Part shown: positions 37,479 through 51,000 of the stretch, one piece after another | Position numbering within the stretch: position 1 is the stretch's first letter | Layout: each line of letters begins with the position of its first letter | Assembly: GCA_029953675.1 (NCBI GenBank) | Contig: JAMWBK010000004.1 | Span: 372,001-436,000, forward strand | DNA length: 64,000 bases | Direction: 5' to 3' | Source of the DNA: Rhodosorus marinus CCMP1338 | Taxonomy: Eukaryota; Plantae; Rhodophyta | Program-made: the position numbers and the translations under genes | The notes under the pieces: generated by a model | What the model saw: the letters and a program-made list of their open reading frames with translations, nothing else | Told to the model about the DNA's origin: nothing | Databases searched by the model: none

Positions 37479-40027
37479 ATGAAACTCGCAGTGGATGGCC
37501 TGTGCGCATCGACTGTGGATCACCGTGAGCTTTTCGAGAACGTGTCTTTCAATTGTGAGAGGGGTGAACGAGTATTTATTTTGGGACCTTCGGGAACTGG
37601 AAAGTCGACTCTGCTAAGGGTTGTCGCGAGGCTTCATGATAAGACCGGCGGGTCTGTGATGCTGGATGGGTCGTCATCGTCAAGATTTGTTCCCGGATCC
37701 TGGCGAGCGCGAGTGATGTACGTCCCACAGGCGACGAAGAATAATCTCCCGGCCGGACCAAGTGAGCTGCTTCATGTGGTGGCAAAATACAGGTTAGATG
37801 AGAAAGCAATCCAGATTATCGAACACTATGTTTCTGTACGCTCAACCTCCTGCACGCTCTTGCCGCGTAGAGCTCAGATTAGAAGAAACCAGGTCAGAAA
37901 GGACCTGCTTTGTGATTTCCTGAAGAAAGTTGGACTGGACGAGGCCTTCGCTGAGAAGCAATGGAGAGATATGAGCGGTGGGGAAGCTCAGAGAGCTGCG
38001 CTCTGCGTAGTCCTGTCTCTCCAACCTGATTTCCTCCTCCTAGATGAACCAACCAGTAAGAAACACTTCCCGCTGGTACGATGATGCTCCTCGCGGTAAC
38101 CGACCCGATTTGCGAACGTTTCCTGCAATGATCCGCAGGCGCTTGCGACCCAGAGTCAACTCGAAAAGTGGAGAAAACACTGATTGAAAGCGGAATCGGG
38201 CTTGTCTGGGTCACCCACAACCCTGAACAGTACAAGACGGTAGGGGGACGAGCCATACATATGGAGCCTCTAGAAAGGTTCGCCTCCCAGACACACCAGC
38301 AGAAACCAACGGGGCGACAAAAACTGATGCGCATGTGCTCGGCCCTGCTGGCCATGACCGCGTGCGCGTTAGGAGCCTGACACCGGCAGAGCCTTCACAA
38401 ATCGAACATAAGCAGCCCGATCAAGTTGGATCACATGATGTGGAGAAGGGTTTGAGTAGATCCCTCAACAGAACAGCCAAGACTGCCGCAGCAGCTGTCG
38501 TATCGGCTAGCTTGATAGAGAATTCCCACGCTCTGAAAGCAGTCACAGGGAGGTCTGTCCTTAGCACCTTTCCTTGTTTAGATGATGCGCGTCCTACTGA
38601 AAAGGCTCATGTCGTTGTTGATCTCAACACTACAGTGGCGGCGACACTGAGGAGGTTTCATGGATAGGTTTGGCGGAAGCAGGATTACTGCTCATTATGA
38701 TAGCTTTACTTTGTTCGGTTTTCACTCTCGGGATCGAAGGCAAGCTCGTCGTTGCTGGGTTTCGCTCCTTTGTCCAGCTCTTGCTGCTCGGGTTCGTCTT
38801 TTGGTCACTGCCAGTCTCAGTACCTAGCTAACTGGCTGAACGATTATCAACGCTTTTTCTGCAAAACGAAAACCCACGAGCGTAGGGCGGTTCTGTTTCC
38901 TGTGTTTAACATCAACAATGCACTTCTATCTCTCGGATACATATGCATAATGGTTCTGGTGGCCGTGCAGGAGGCAATGTCGCGGCCGAGTTACACGTTT
39001 CCAGTACGAAGGCACGCCCTTTCGGAAATTGGCCAAATCTTAGTCCCTCTTGCTGACTTCGTATTCCTTTTCCTTGTCCATACTTTTTGTTACGTTTCAT
39101 CTCTCCTCCATGGATAGAGAATGCTTCGGTGTGTATATCTATCCGTTGGCGGGTCCATAGGTGCCTTTTCAGTCTTTGGCCTGTTCGTCGTCTTAAGAGT
39201 TGGTCTGGACGCGAGGTAAGCAACTTGAGCTGTCCGGTCTCATCTAAGCGATCTGACACCATAGTTCTTGGTGTGGTGTAGGTACGCGGTCCCTTTGACC
39301 GGAATGATGCTTGGCAACTGCTTGACATGTATATCCGTCTCCCTATCCGCGTTGGTCGCTGATCTCAAGGAGAAATCAGAAGTTTTAGAGCACTACCTCT
39401 CTTTTGTACGACGTTTCACAAGAATCAAGCAAAGAAAGGCTGCAGTTGAAGAGCTAATGCATTCTGTCTTTCGTCGCTCCAGGGAGCGAGCAAGTATGAG
39501 GCTACCAAGCCCCTGTTAAACAGCTGCATCCGCCTTGGGTTGACTGGTCAACTGAACCAGATGAATGTTGCCGGTATCGTCGCCATTCCTGGCATGATGA
39601 CAGGACAGATTCTTGGCGGGAACCCGCCTCTAACTGCCGCCCGGTATCAAATTTTTGTTCTTTTGATGAACGCTGGCACGAGCGTCATCGGATCTTTTGC
39701 GGTGATGACGCTGACTGTACAAGAGCTTTTCGACGTAGATCATAAGTAAGCCACAAGAAGCTTCATAACATCGTCAAGACCGAAACACGCTTGCTGAACG
39801 CGTGAATGTGGTGCTTATCGTCAAAACGCAGGTTCGTAGGAGAAGCTCTCACGAAACGCAAGAACACGTTTTCCGTTACGAGTGTAATGGAAGGGGCCAT
39901 CCACTGGCTTACAGACGTTGCAAAGGCCGTTGTGAACTTGTTGTTAAGCAAGTGGAGAGAGTTTCACCCTGCACCCTCCCCCCAGGAATTTCAGCCGCTA
40001 CTAAGTTCCCCTCCGCCCAGGAACTGA
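37479..40027 (+). CDS. Single gene fusing an ABC ATPase (FetA/STAR1-like) to a UPF0014 permease (FetB/STAR2/ALS3-like)
   Basis: The ATPase has GPSGTGKST, YVPQ, MSGGEAQR, LLLDEPT and WVTH. In-frame spliced linker exons read ERSLTPAE...AVTGSGGDTEEVSW. The permease has GIEGKLVVAGFRSFVQLLLLG, YAVPLTGMMLGN and IPGMMTGQILGG..P..AARYQI. Confidence 0.82.
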
Positions 40028-40400
40028 ACAACCGTCGTGTATGTTCCAGAGACTTTTGATTTCGGTGAAGTGAACGGTTGGAGCCGCCCGCTTTTGACCA
40101 GTACACGAAATCTGTGCAACAGTCAGCTTTTCGGGTTTCGATAATCATCAAATTTGTGCTTATCTTCTGTACAGAACACTAAAAACATTACCCCAAAACA
40201 GTCGTTGGCGAAGAGGATACCAGATATCATCTTTTGTATTAAGCAAGGCTTGCACTGCGGTGTGGCCGGCACGGGAGGGCATTTGAAGGATAGACGGCAT
40301 CCAAAAATCCGCTACCAACAGTGGGCGAACAAAAAAGGAACGATTTTTTCTTTAAAACAAAAGCGATGAGGATCTGACACCCCTCTAGACAGAAAAAGAC

Positions 40401-41336
40401 CTATCTGCCTCCCCGATACCCTCCATAGGGTTTCTGATAACTCTGTTGGTTCATGTGAGGATCGAACTCGATATCCATATCGGATGGTAGACCTCCGGCA
40501 CAGATCTCTCTTCTCCATTTTGCCCTGTTCACGCCGACAGACAATAGTCAGCTCAAAAGTTTGAGAATCGCGATAAGAGTCGTCGCACTTGCGGGCGCAA
40601 GAACAAATTAGGTGGACGAGGCCTACTTGATATTATCGCGAAGCGCAAAGTTGTCGGATGTACCTATCCACATGGAAAGCCGTGTCTGCTGCGATCGAAC
40701 GGCCATTTCCAAACCACAAATCTCGTCGCTGTCATCGGAGGCAAACGAATCTCCCAAAACGAGCAAAACCTAAGGTAGTAGGAGAACAAAAATCAGGATG
40801 TTGGCGATATCTGACGTTTTTCGCTGAGTCTTTGGTGCTGGTTCTCACCGAGTTGAGCCAAATTTCATTCACCAGTGATTTGTCACGGAGCTTGATGGTG
40901 AACTTCCCACCATTCTCATTTGCCTTATCCTCCCACAACGGCTTAATTCCAGTTTTGAATAGATAGTACGTACTGCTCGGCATCAGCGCCGTAGGCTCGG
41001 CAATCGCATTGAGTGTCCTAAGTCATTGGACACAAACAATCAAACCAAAAATCGTAGGCAAAGCAACGTCAGCACGACAAGTGCTTCACAACGACATTGA
41101 AACGCCCAGTTCGCATTAATCCCGATCACCTACCCCCAAAGGCTCTCGACAGTCGAGATCTCCGTGACTGTTTTCAAGTTCTCATCCCAACTCGACTTGC
41201 CACCCTTCCCACCAGCACCAACTGAAGTATTAAAGTACAGGGTCCATGAACTCTGCAACCGATGAGGCACAGACATATCAACCCCACTACCGGTTCGCTC
41301 CGCACCTTCCGCAGTTCCAACCTCAGCAGCCATCAC
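40401..41336 (-). CDS. eIF4E: Eukaryotic translation initiation factor 4E (class I residue pattern)
   Basis: Motifs are HRLQSSWTLY, SWDEN, STVESLW, YYLFKTGIKPLWED.AN.NGGKF, EICG...VR...LSMW, KAKWR and IEFDPH. Confidence 0.93.
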
Positions 41337-41609
41337 ACAAAAACACCACCTCCCCGATCCAAAAACAAAATCCCTTCAAAGCTCCTTTATACCAACTTCC
41401 TTTCTACGACTAAAACAACCAATTCAAGATCTCCTAACCCCTTCAATCCCCCTTTCTATTCACTCCACTATCCCCTTGTCCAAGACCTCTTCCGCTTCTC
41501 CCCCAAAATGCTATTCTCCTTCCCAAAAAATTACAATTCATTACCAAGCGGCGTCCATCGTTACTTCAGTTTTGTCCCCACCTCTCTCACACACCCCCAC
41601 CAGCCCACC

Positions 41610-42062
41610 CACCGCTCACGGCCGTCTCCGACTACAGCCTGTCCTCAACTTGCTATGGTCATCCGTAGGGAGGGAGTGAGAGTGCGGGCATAGAGAAAAA
41701 TGAAAACTCGTGAATCTGGGCTTCGAATTTTAGCGGAACGGGGGGCGTGAATAGAGGAGACTGGCGTTAATGTCCCTATTGGTGTCTAACTTTCCTTCCC
41801 CGCAGCCCGCCATTCACGACCGGCTCCGATGGCAGCAGTGTCTCCCCATAGCTTGCTATCGTCCTCTACTCTATGGGGCGGAAGTGAGAGAGTGGGCATC
41901 GAGAAAAATGAAAACTCGTGCCTCTGGGGCTCGGGTAGCGGAAAAGATTGTGGATATTGGAGACTGGTGTTAATACCCCTGTCGGTGCCTTCCCTCTCAG
42001 CACCCACTGTTCACGGCCGTTTGCTACCACAGCCTGTCCTCGGCTGCCATCGTCCTCTATGG
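41610..42062. repeat. Degenerate tandem repeat with a period of about 200-208 bp (about 2.3 units), upstream of eIF4E
   Basis: GAGAAAAATGAAAACTCGTG is at 41693 and 41901, GGAGACTGG(C/T)GTTAAT occurs twice, and a CACG(G/A)CCG motif occurs three times. Confidence 0.85.
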
Positions 42063-43537
42063 GCGCGCCTTCGTCAAAATGGAAAATCTTGGCTTTTTGT
42101 CCGACTGGATATTAGGTGTTAACGGAGCGTGTGGCTTGAGGAGAGAGGTGGGTGTGTTTACGCATGTGCGCTTCTTCTCCCCAGCCCCGCCGCGCAGCGA
42201 GGCCACAATGTGTCGACACGATGGTGTTGCTTTCAAGACGGTCTGGGTCGAGAACAACTAAAATTAAATCTACTGGTTTGATGTGGGTGGCGTGAGCGTC
42301 TACGAAGCGTATGGATTGAGGATACTGGTGGGATTTGTCTCTACATATGCCCTACCCTCTCTCACAGTCGATTGCACGCACCCGCAGCCAGACCGAATCA
42401 ACTCCTGAAGAAGAAGTTGCGGCTGTCTAAAAGCACCGAGAAATTCTTCCTACTGGCTTCGGTGGGTATCTGGTGTCAGCGAGGGTCCCGGTAGAGACGA
42501 ACGATGCGGTGCTCCAAACCCCATCCATCCAAACCCTGTTTCTGTTTTGCTCTTGCGCAGTGTTGCCTAAACAGAGATATTGCTCCGAGCTGAAGCGGGC
42601 CAAATGTTTCGAATAGGGCTTGGATATATGAACAAATAATCTTCGAGAATAAACTGCTAGTCGAATGGAGATGCCAAAGAGGAGCCTTGTGTAGGAGAGT
42701 CTCCGAAAGTGTTCTTCTCCTCTGCCCGTTCCCAGCGCAAACACAGCGGGCTTCCGCGGTCGTCTTCTTTCACGGTATATGTACCACTGAACTCTTTTTT
42801 GGGCCCGAAATCTGTTGAGAAGAAGTCAAAAGCATCCACTCTTGTCGCATACTTCCCGTGCCCATTCTCGAGCGTTCAAGGTCCTTCAACCTAATACATG
42901 ATCTCAAACCCCGCAGTCTTGTGCTCCATACTCATTCGCCTCCTCGAACATCCTACTTGCGCGTTGTTCAGGTCTGGCAGATCTCAATCAGATGATGGCA
43001 GTGAATCCGCCTTTCTGTCCCAAAACCATTGTGTTCACACGAACTCAAAAGATGACCCTGAAACAATGGAACCCTATTCAGGGGAAATAGACTCAACTAA
43101 GGACATAAAAATCACAAATATACATCAATATCGTCTTGTTATTCAGCAAAAGTAATTCTTTATATCGTAAATGTAAGTATTTCTGGGTAATATCTCAGAT
43201 TACGAGATCGGATTGGCAAACAATCGAAAAAATAACAATGAATCAATGAATGTACTTCGGCAATGGGGCTGGCGCTCTGATATGAGTACTGGACATTCTT
43301 AGGGAGAGTTTGTTGGTGCTTGGCATGGTGCTTGGTCAAGTGGAAAGGGTTTGAACTTGGTACATTAAGTGCTAAACTCGACCTTTAAATTATTCTGTCA
43401 TCGCCTCCGGGGGAAGCGGAAACGTGAGGGCTGCTGAACATTGCGGGTGAGACAGGGTTTGAATCGATACCGAACCGTATCGACTGGTTTTTAAATGTGA
43501 GAAGGTCAATCCCCTCAAGTGGCTGTTTTGGTTCAGA

Positions 43538-44484
43538 ATGGTAGTGGAAAGGGAAGAAAGCGTTCATGATGAGGACTTGGAAAAGTGGTTTTCCGCTTTT
43601 GCGCAGGGCAGTCAGACTCTCTCGGCGTCCTCGGTACGGTTGAACTTGTTCGTGTTCTGTTGCGGTGCAAGATGATCCCAGCTCCCTGTTAGTCTGCAGC
43701 CCCGGCTAATGATTTGTGTCTTGTGCTTTTGCTAAACCGATGCGGCGTCACTCTTTTTCAAGTTGCGGTCAGCGCTTGAAGCAGCGGGCTTACTTCTCAC
43801 GTGGCAATGCGTGAACTCGTTGATCAAGATGATGGACGGCCGAGGAGATGGAAGGATCACTGCACAAGAATTCTGCACTCTTTATCGCTTCATAGAAAGC
43901 ATTCGAGTGCGTTTTGAACTTCGTCTATCTTTCAGCCAGTGTCGGATCCTCCCAAACTAAAACGTCTTTTTACCATCATGGCTGCCTAAAGAACTCCTTT
44001 GTTCAGGTCGACTCTCGGGGAGATAAGAAGTTGCAGATTCACGATGTCGCGCTCGCCCTCAATCAGTACAGTCAGAGACTAGCTTTTGAAGCACTCAGTA
44101 TGCTCTTTAGGGTATGTGCCTGTTCTCCACCGGGCGCAGAGCAAGACTAATCCGAGGGGCCGCTGACAGATCGGTGTTTTGTTATCCGATCTGAAAAAAG
44201 GTATTCGACAAAGGGTCCAAGGGATATCTCATCCTGCCAGAATACATCGAGTTGGCGGTTTTCGTTACATGTGCCCGACATTTGTACGAGAGCTGCACCA
44301 GGTACGGCTAGGGAACAGGCTTACGAGCGCGATGTAGTGCACCCGCGCCGAATTTAACTTCGCCCAACCTGGAACCAACTGACTTATCTCCCACTGCTCC
44401 CATGCTGCAAACATCAGGGAAAACAAGGAGTTCATTAAGATCGACCAGAACGCGCTCATCCAGTTCGCGGTCAAGCTTCGATAG
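43538..44484 (+). CDS. Penta-EF-hand (peflin/sorcin-like) Ca-binding protein, multi-exon
   Basis: EF-like segments read DLEKWF, LRSAL...SLIKMMDGRGDGRITAQEF..LY.FI, SFVQVDSRGD, VFDKGSKGYL..EYI, and a terminal FIKIDQNALIQF. Confidence 0.7.
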
Positions 44485-44509
44485 GACGGAACTCTCATGG
44501 ACAGACTTC

Positions 44510-45813
44510 TCATGTGCCTCGCTTTCTACTACGTTTCCCTCGAGCACCCCGTCGTGTCTTCTTTCCTTGTGAAGGCTGCTGCGCTCCCTGATAGCCAACC
44601 CGCAGAGAGGAAAAGCGATTTTACATATCATGAGCAGTGGACGATGAGGCCTTTCTATCAGGAAGCCATTCGCGAGCCCGCCTTCCGCGGAAGTGCCGGC
44701 TGTGGATAACTCACCTTTTTCTCGGCAGTTGGATCTCTGCGATCATCTTCCTTAGAAGGGTTTAGAGTGCTGCCGCTCTCGGGTTGGTCATCAGGACTAC
44801 CCTCCTCGTCATGCTCTTGTTCCACAAAAAAGTCGTCGTCCTCCACCATGCCTATATCCTTCTGAGCGCCGTCGTCTGCGCTTGTTTCTTCGTCATCTTC
44901 ATCCAGGTCGTCTTCGGCTCCACGTACAATTCTCTGTTCAATTGCCGCTCGGATGTTCTGAATCTCTGCCTTGGCTTCTTCTCCATGCTCAGCATGCGGA
45001 AATAGGGATAGATAGGGGCGATCGTCCGGGAACATCTAGGCTCGTCGTCAAAATCGATAAGGAGACGATGCAAGAGTCATTGTCAGTCAGCGGAGCTACT
45101 TAATCGTCGAGCTCGGTCAATTTCAAAATTGGGGAGCTGAATGCGCGGATCCTCAGAGCAATCAACGTAAAACCAGAAAGCATAGTACAGCTAGAGGATG
45201 GCTCTAAACTTCGCCCCGAGCCGAGGAGAGTTCCCCCTTGGAATCCAATTACAAGCATCATTAAACCATGAAGATTGCCGAGGATCGGAGTGCCGTCCAA
45301 ACAGCTGGAATCAAAGCAAGATATAAAGGCGCAAATACACCGCACTTTTGTTGCTCCCTAACACTCTGGACATACCTTTACGTACAGGAGGTCCTTATAG
45401 ATCTGCTCCTTCCTTGTCATGGCTGTTTCTTGATCAATCTCGCCGTTTTCCAGTAGCTTCTCCACGTGCTGCTGCATTCTCATGAGCCTCTTGCGCTCTT
45501 CATATACGGTGGTGAAACAATGAATTTGGTCTCAGAGCGCATGAGGAAAAACTGGTTTCCAGAGTATCAGATGGACTTACTCACCATACCACCTAAACCT
45601 TCTGTACTTTAGCTTTAGCAATCGCTTATTTTCTCTTCGTTGTCGTTCCTGTTGAACACGCTTCAGCTCCTCAAGCTCTTCCTGCTTTGCTAATCGAGTC
45701 TTCTCGGGAAGCTCTTCACCCTTGACATGAAGCAGCCTCTCAATCCCACGAATTCGGGACTTCATCGAGGACTTTGCCTTCTTCTTCTTCTTCCCTTTCG
45801 CCTGCTTCTCCAT
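44510..45813 (-). CDS. EFG1: rRNA-processing protein Efg1
   Basis: The spliced protein reads KSRIRGIERLL, KYRRFRWYERKRL, KDLLYVKMFPDDRPYLSLFP, then an acidic region with DDFF and a basic tail. Confidence 0.85.
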
Positions 45814-46780
45814 ATCAACTCGTTCTTTAACTCGCTAATCTCAATTCAAAGGAAGAGTTCAGCAATTTGTCCATGTCAGAAACCGATCCGCCAAACAGGA
45901 CTTGTGCGAACGAAGAAAGCTCAGCAACAAATTGTCCATCCTTCCGCCCACGTGCGAGCTCGGGGCGGGGACGGAGTTCACAACATCAGGATAAAAATCG
46001 AGTTCGTACAAGGCGCAAGTCATTGGCTTGGTAGAGAATGCCAACTATCTCAGATTGTAACAAGTTTCAGCGTCAGTTTCGGTACCGTCTTCATCTCTGG
46101 TTTTGCATAGGAAACATGAACCAAGCAGGTGGCTTCCTTTTTCTTGGTACTTGGTGCTCGGCCTTTCAAAGGGGTTCGGTTGCTGCACGTCTACCCTGCC
46201 CTCGATGGTGGACGGCTTGTTTGCATATCAAAATCGATGCGTGTTTGCTTTGACGTTGAATGCGCGCGCGCATGTGGTCGTCCTGTTCAGTGAACGCGTC
46301 TGGATGGTTCCTTGTAACCTCGTTGAGGGAGAGCTGAGGGAGAGGGAGACTGTCCCCCCCCGGGGTCTCATTGTGTGCCTGCAGCGAGGAACGTGCTTTC
46401 GCGACTGAACCGATCCACAACTGGAGCTTCCGCAGGTTGGGCAGCGCAGTGTGGTAGATGGTGCTGCTTGGACCACAGGTCAAGAAACAGAATAAGTGCG
46501 AAAACCGGGGGGTAGCGACTTGACTCCATTCGTGCTCACCTTTTCAAGGACCCTTTAATCTCACCATTAACATCAACGGCTTTTACAGTAAGTGCAATTG
46601 GATCAATCCGTAGGAGCGGAAACGACACATGCCGTTGTGAACCGGCTCTCTCGAAACTACAATTTCCATATTGGACGCCAAGTCTCCGATCTATTGCTAT
46701 GAGCAACTAGCACGGCTAAGAACTGTCCATAAATATGAGCCCAGACCAGACATGTTGGGGCGGTCAACGGTAGGCTCATG

Positions 46781-47230
46781 TCAATTGGCAGCGGCAGCAG
46801 CCTCTTCCATGTCACGCTTTTGTATTTCCTTAAGCTCCTGGTCCAGGTTCGCGAGACGCTTTTGAGTTTCATCATATATGTCTTGGTTCCATTTCTTTCT
46901 CAATCTGTTCAACAGAGATATCGATTGAAAAACGGGGTTCAGTACTGAGAGAGGCGAACGAAATTACACACGCCACCTCAGAACTTACTGCTGATAGTAG
47001 TGATCGCAATAACCCCCAAACGCCATGAAGCCGATGTGCTCCCACGGATCTGACAGAAATTTGAAAAGCGGTATCATGGTCCACTTGAGTTGAAATCAAC
47101 ATGAAGACAAGCAACGATCACAGGAGCACCCGTTGTTAGGGAGAGTCAACTTACGATACATAACCGGATTCACTCTGACCATATTATGTAGACAGCAACT
47201 ACTGAATCCAAGCACAATTCCGTACCACAT
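46781..47230 (-). CDS. NDUFC2: Mitochondrial complex I subunit NDUFC2/B14.5b (plant type), 3 exons
   Basis: The spliced protein reads GIVLG...HNMVRVNPVMYHPWEHIGFMAFGG...W. This resembles the plant B14.5b motif NALRKLPYMRHPWEH recalled from memory. The start may lie slightly upstream. Confidence 0.8.
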
Positions 47231-47738
47231 GATGCCGATCTCAACCTAAATAACTTCACACCCGAGAGCCCAACGCGCAATCCAACGCCCAAGCTCTTCC
47301 CCAAACCTGTTCACCACCCCACCTTCCCCCTCCCCCCCCAACAAGGGCACCCCAGAAAATACTAGAGACTACTCCGTTAAAGAGTCCGCCAAACACGAGG
47401 ACGGAGCCCGCGAAAACAGAAAACAAACAAGCGTTAATGAAACTTTCGCTCAACTGCTCTTACTCGTAGAGGTACCAAGAAGAACTTTCCACTCGTTTTT
47501 TGCCAAACCAACCTCTCAGCATCGATATTTCCGATTCATCGATTCGAAACCGACCTGGCCAATACTACGGACTCCAAGGAACTTTGAAGTCTAGAATAGA
47601 ATATATATTCTATATCTTCCTTTCAAATAATATCACTAAAAACAAATATCTGAAAATTTTGGTTCTAGTGTGTACTAAATATTTTCAAATCTATCCGCAG
47701 TCTCCCAGAACCGCCCCCAGTCAACACCAAAAAAAAAG

Positions 47739-48043
47739 TGTTGGAATATTCAAGGATTCCTGACCTTGACCTCAGTTTCATCCTCCAAACCTCGGTACCT
47801 TCTTTATTGTTCCACAGACGACTAATGGGCCCGATATGTCCCACTTGGGTACTCTTCTGTAATTTGAAGATGATCGATATCTTGTACTGTTCAAACTGTT
47901 TCCTCCATATGAGACAGTAGCGGTATGAGTCCGCATCCACCCATCGTATCGCCATGTGCGTATCGGTTATACCGTACGTATTACGATGTGTGAATACCTT
48001 TCTACTTGTTGAGAGCGCATGGTCGCGATTGACCGTTTCAACA
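47739..48043 (-). repeat. Copia 3' LTR (305 bp)
   Basis: Direct repeat of 51552-51848, with TG/CA ends and an adjacent PPT. Confidence 0.95.
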
Positions 48044-51000
48044 CTCCCCCTGTAGAGTCTCGATCTACAATGCCCAGCCCGGACCTCAATATCTCCGTCC
48101 TCTCCTTCGTCAGAGGCTTGGTCAACAGGTCAGCCACCATCTCGTCGGTTCAGCTGTACCTCTTCGGACGCACACCTCTCGCGTGCGTACTGAAGTTTGA
48201 CAGATACGTGGCGCGACATCCTGCTATCCCCGGATGTCGCCCACCGCAGACACGACGTGTTCTCCGTGTATGCAACTAAGGACATACTCACGTCCCTGCC
48301 AGTCTCGACGATGAACTCCTGCACCCACCTCTGGGTCGTCATCATGTCCCCCAGCGCCTGGTACTCCGCTTCCGCCGTCGATTGGGCCACCGACCCTTGC
48401 TTCCATGATCGGTAAGCCACTGACGCTTCATCGACTGTCACCGACAAACTTAAGTACTCCTACTGTCTTCGTGACTGGCCCAGCTCGCATCAGAGTATCC
48501 GGTCACTTGATATCTGATTTGTCTCTGCTAACCATCGTCCGAAGAGTTACCAATAGCCGGATCCGTTTTTGATTTACCACCCAATTTCATTACTTTTCGC
48601 TGCATTCCCGCCAAATATATATTAGCAGGATCCGCCGCGGTTTTTCGAAATCTCCGAGTCGATAATCTGCCTTTTTTCGCGCGATCAAGCCGACTGCATA
48701 ACTTATATCAGGTCGCGTTCTAGTGCTTAAGTAGATCCGGTTAGCTCCTGAAACGGTGATGAGGTCATTTCCATCCAAGTCTCTTTCGTAGAGGGTGCGA
48801 TGGAGATTGGTGCGGATAAGGGACGGCATCCCTTCAATCCGTACGCGAGGGTAAGTTTGCGAATATAATCTGCCTGCGAGAGGTAGATTTCTCTTTTCCT
48901 CGGGTCTCGCTCTATGCTCACACCGAGGAAATCTCGTGCCGCTCCTAGATGTTTGATGTCGTACAGGTTTGACAAACATCTTCTTCGTTATCTCAACGTC
49001 AGCCCGGCTCCCAACGATAAGCATATCATCTAAGTAGACCGCGATGATGCACTTCTCCTTCCCGTACACGCAGCTTTCTGTTTTCAGCTGCTGAAAACCT
49101 TGCGCAAGGAGATCGTTGCTTAGTTTCCGGTGCCACTCTCTTCCCGCTTGTTTTAGGCCGTACAAGCTCTTCCGGAGGCGGCAGACGTGCTCCGCCTTTC
49201 CCGGTTCCTCCATGGCGCGGGGCTGCGTCATGTAGATCTCTTCCTGCAGTCTCGCAATCAGGTACGCAGTCTTCACATCAGCCTGCTCCACTTCGAGATC
49301 TTCCGTCGCTGCTATGATCAGGAGTACTCGAACGCTGGCGAACTCCACCGTTTGCGGGAAGACCTCCTCGTAGTCAATTTCATATCTCTGGGCAAATCCT
49401 CGAGCTACGAGTCGCGCCTTGAACCGTTGAACTGATCCATCTGCATTTTTCTTGACTAGTCCGCTACGAGCATGAGGATTCCTGTACTGGACCTGCTATC
49501 CAGTTTACCCTGTTTTCCCGGTTCGTACCGCTTGTATGTGATCTCACACCCAAACAGATATGCGTCTCCCAGCTCCATGTTGGTGCCCCTATCCGTCTCG
49601 TCTGGACATTTCCCTTTCAGGAACTTCCGTGGGGTTCGATTGATGCTGGCGACGACTACCGGTAGTGCTTCCAGCATTTGTCGTCCGTCACTCCGCTGTC
49701 GAACGTGGTGGCACGCAGTGTTTCTGAGACTGTTCTCACCATTCGCTCCGCTATCCCGTTGCTGGAGGGAGTATACGGGGCGCTCGGGCCCCACGTGATA
49801 CCCAGGTCACGTAGTAAGGGTTTCATGCTACTATACTCAAGTGCGTTGTCACTTTTGAGTCTCCGTTAGATTTGCCACATGTTGCGTTTTCATTACCATG
49901 ACAAGCTCCCTAAAGGCTGCATCACTTGGACTTCTTTGTTCAAGGGCATGCGCTCCCAGCATCCCTGTTGCCTCATCCACGAACTCCTGTATATTTCTCT
50001 CCATGTCTTCCAGCACGGAACCCGTCCGGCGATGTCAGTATGTATGCACTCGCCGAACGTCTCTGCCTCCCTGAGAGGTCCACTTCCGCCCATCGCGGTC
50101 ATCTTTGCTTTCTCGCAGCTGGAGCATTCGAACTTGTCAGGTACTTTGTCGCTCACGCGGATAACACTGTCCTTTTCTAGTTGTTTCATAGCTACAGCAC
50201 CCGGATGTCCGAGCCTCCTGTGCCATCCCACGGCATCCGTATCTTCGTTGTTACGGACTACTGCTGCCGCTGCTGTCTGAGCTCTGCTGTTGCCGCTAAT
50301 CTCCAAGTCAGTATAAAGGAGACCAGACTTTGCAATAGCTTTAATCACTTCCCTACCGTCCTTTTCTACGACTAATGTCTTTGCATCTAAGGATCTAATG
50401 GAAAAACCGTTTTCCATTAATCTACTAAGACTGACTACATTCAATGAGCCGCCTGGAAGGTAGATAGTGTCTTCAGCGACAACATATCTCCTTTTCGCGT
50501 CTTCAGCTAGACCGCACCCATCTTGCCGAGAGTCTTCGTTGTCCCGTCCCCGAATGTGACGTCAATGTCAACCATCCTTGTGGGGCCCGAGAATGCACTC
50601 TCCGAGGTGCATATGTGGTCCGTTGCTCCAGAGTCCAGCAAGAACCTCGCCGGAGCTCTGACCGCCGTCATTCCCGCATGGAATCTTCGCGTTTCCGGCC
50701 TGTTTTCCTCCTTGTCCTGCTCCTCAGGACAGTTGGCTCGGATGTGTCCGGGTTTCTTGCACCTGTAACACAGAAATCCCCTGGGGATCTTCTTCTTCTT
50801 CTTCTGCACCGTTGCGGCGTGGTGCGTGCTGGAATCTGTTTTGGACTTGATTTGCTTGGAACCTCGAAGTCGGTCCAGCTCCTCGAAGTCGTTACAGAAA
50901 CCTGTCCAGCCTAGAGTTTTGTCGTTCGCAGGATAGAACAGGAACTTCGCATACTCGTCGCCCCACACCTCCAAAATCTTAAGAAGGACCCGACGTTTTT

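Noticed and set aside
42650-42900. In-frame TGA in VEGP*TLENG as possible selenocysteine or readthrough
   Set aside because: There is no homology or SECIS evidence, and it could equally be an intron boundary or non-coding.
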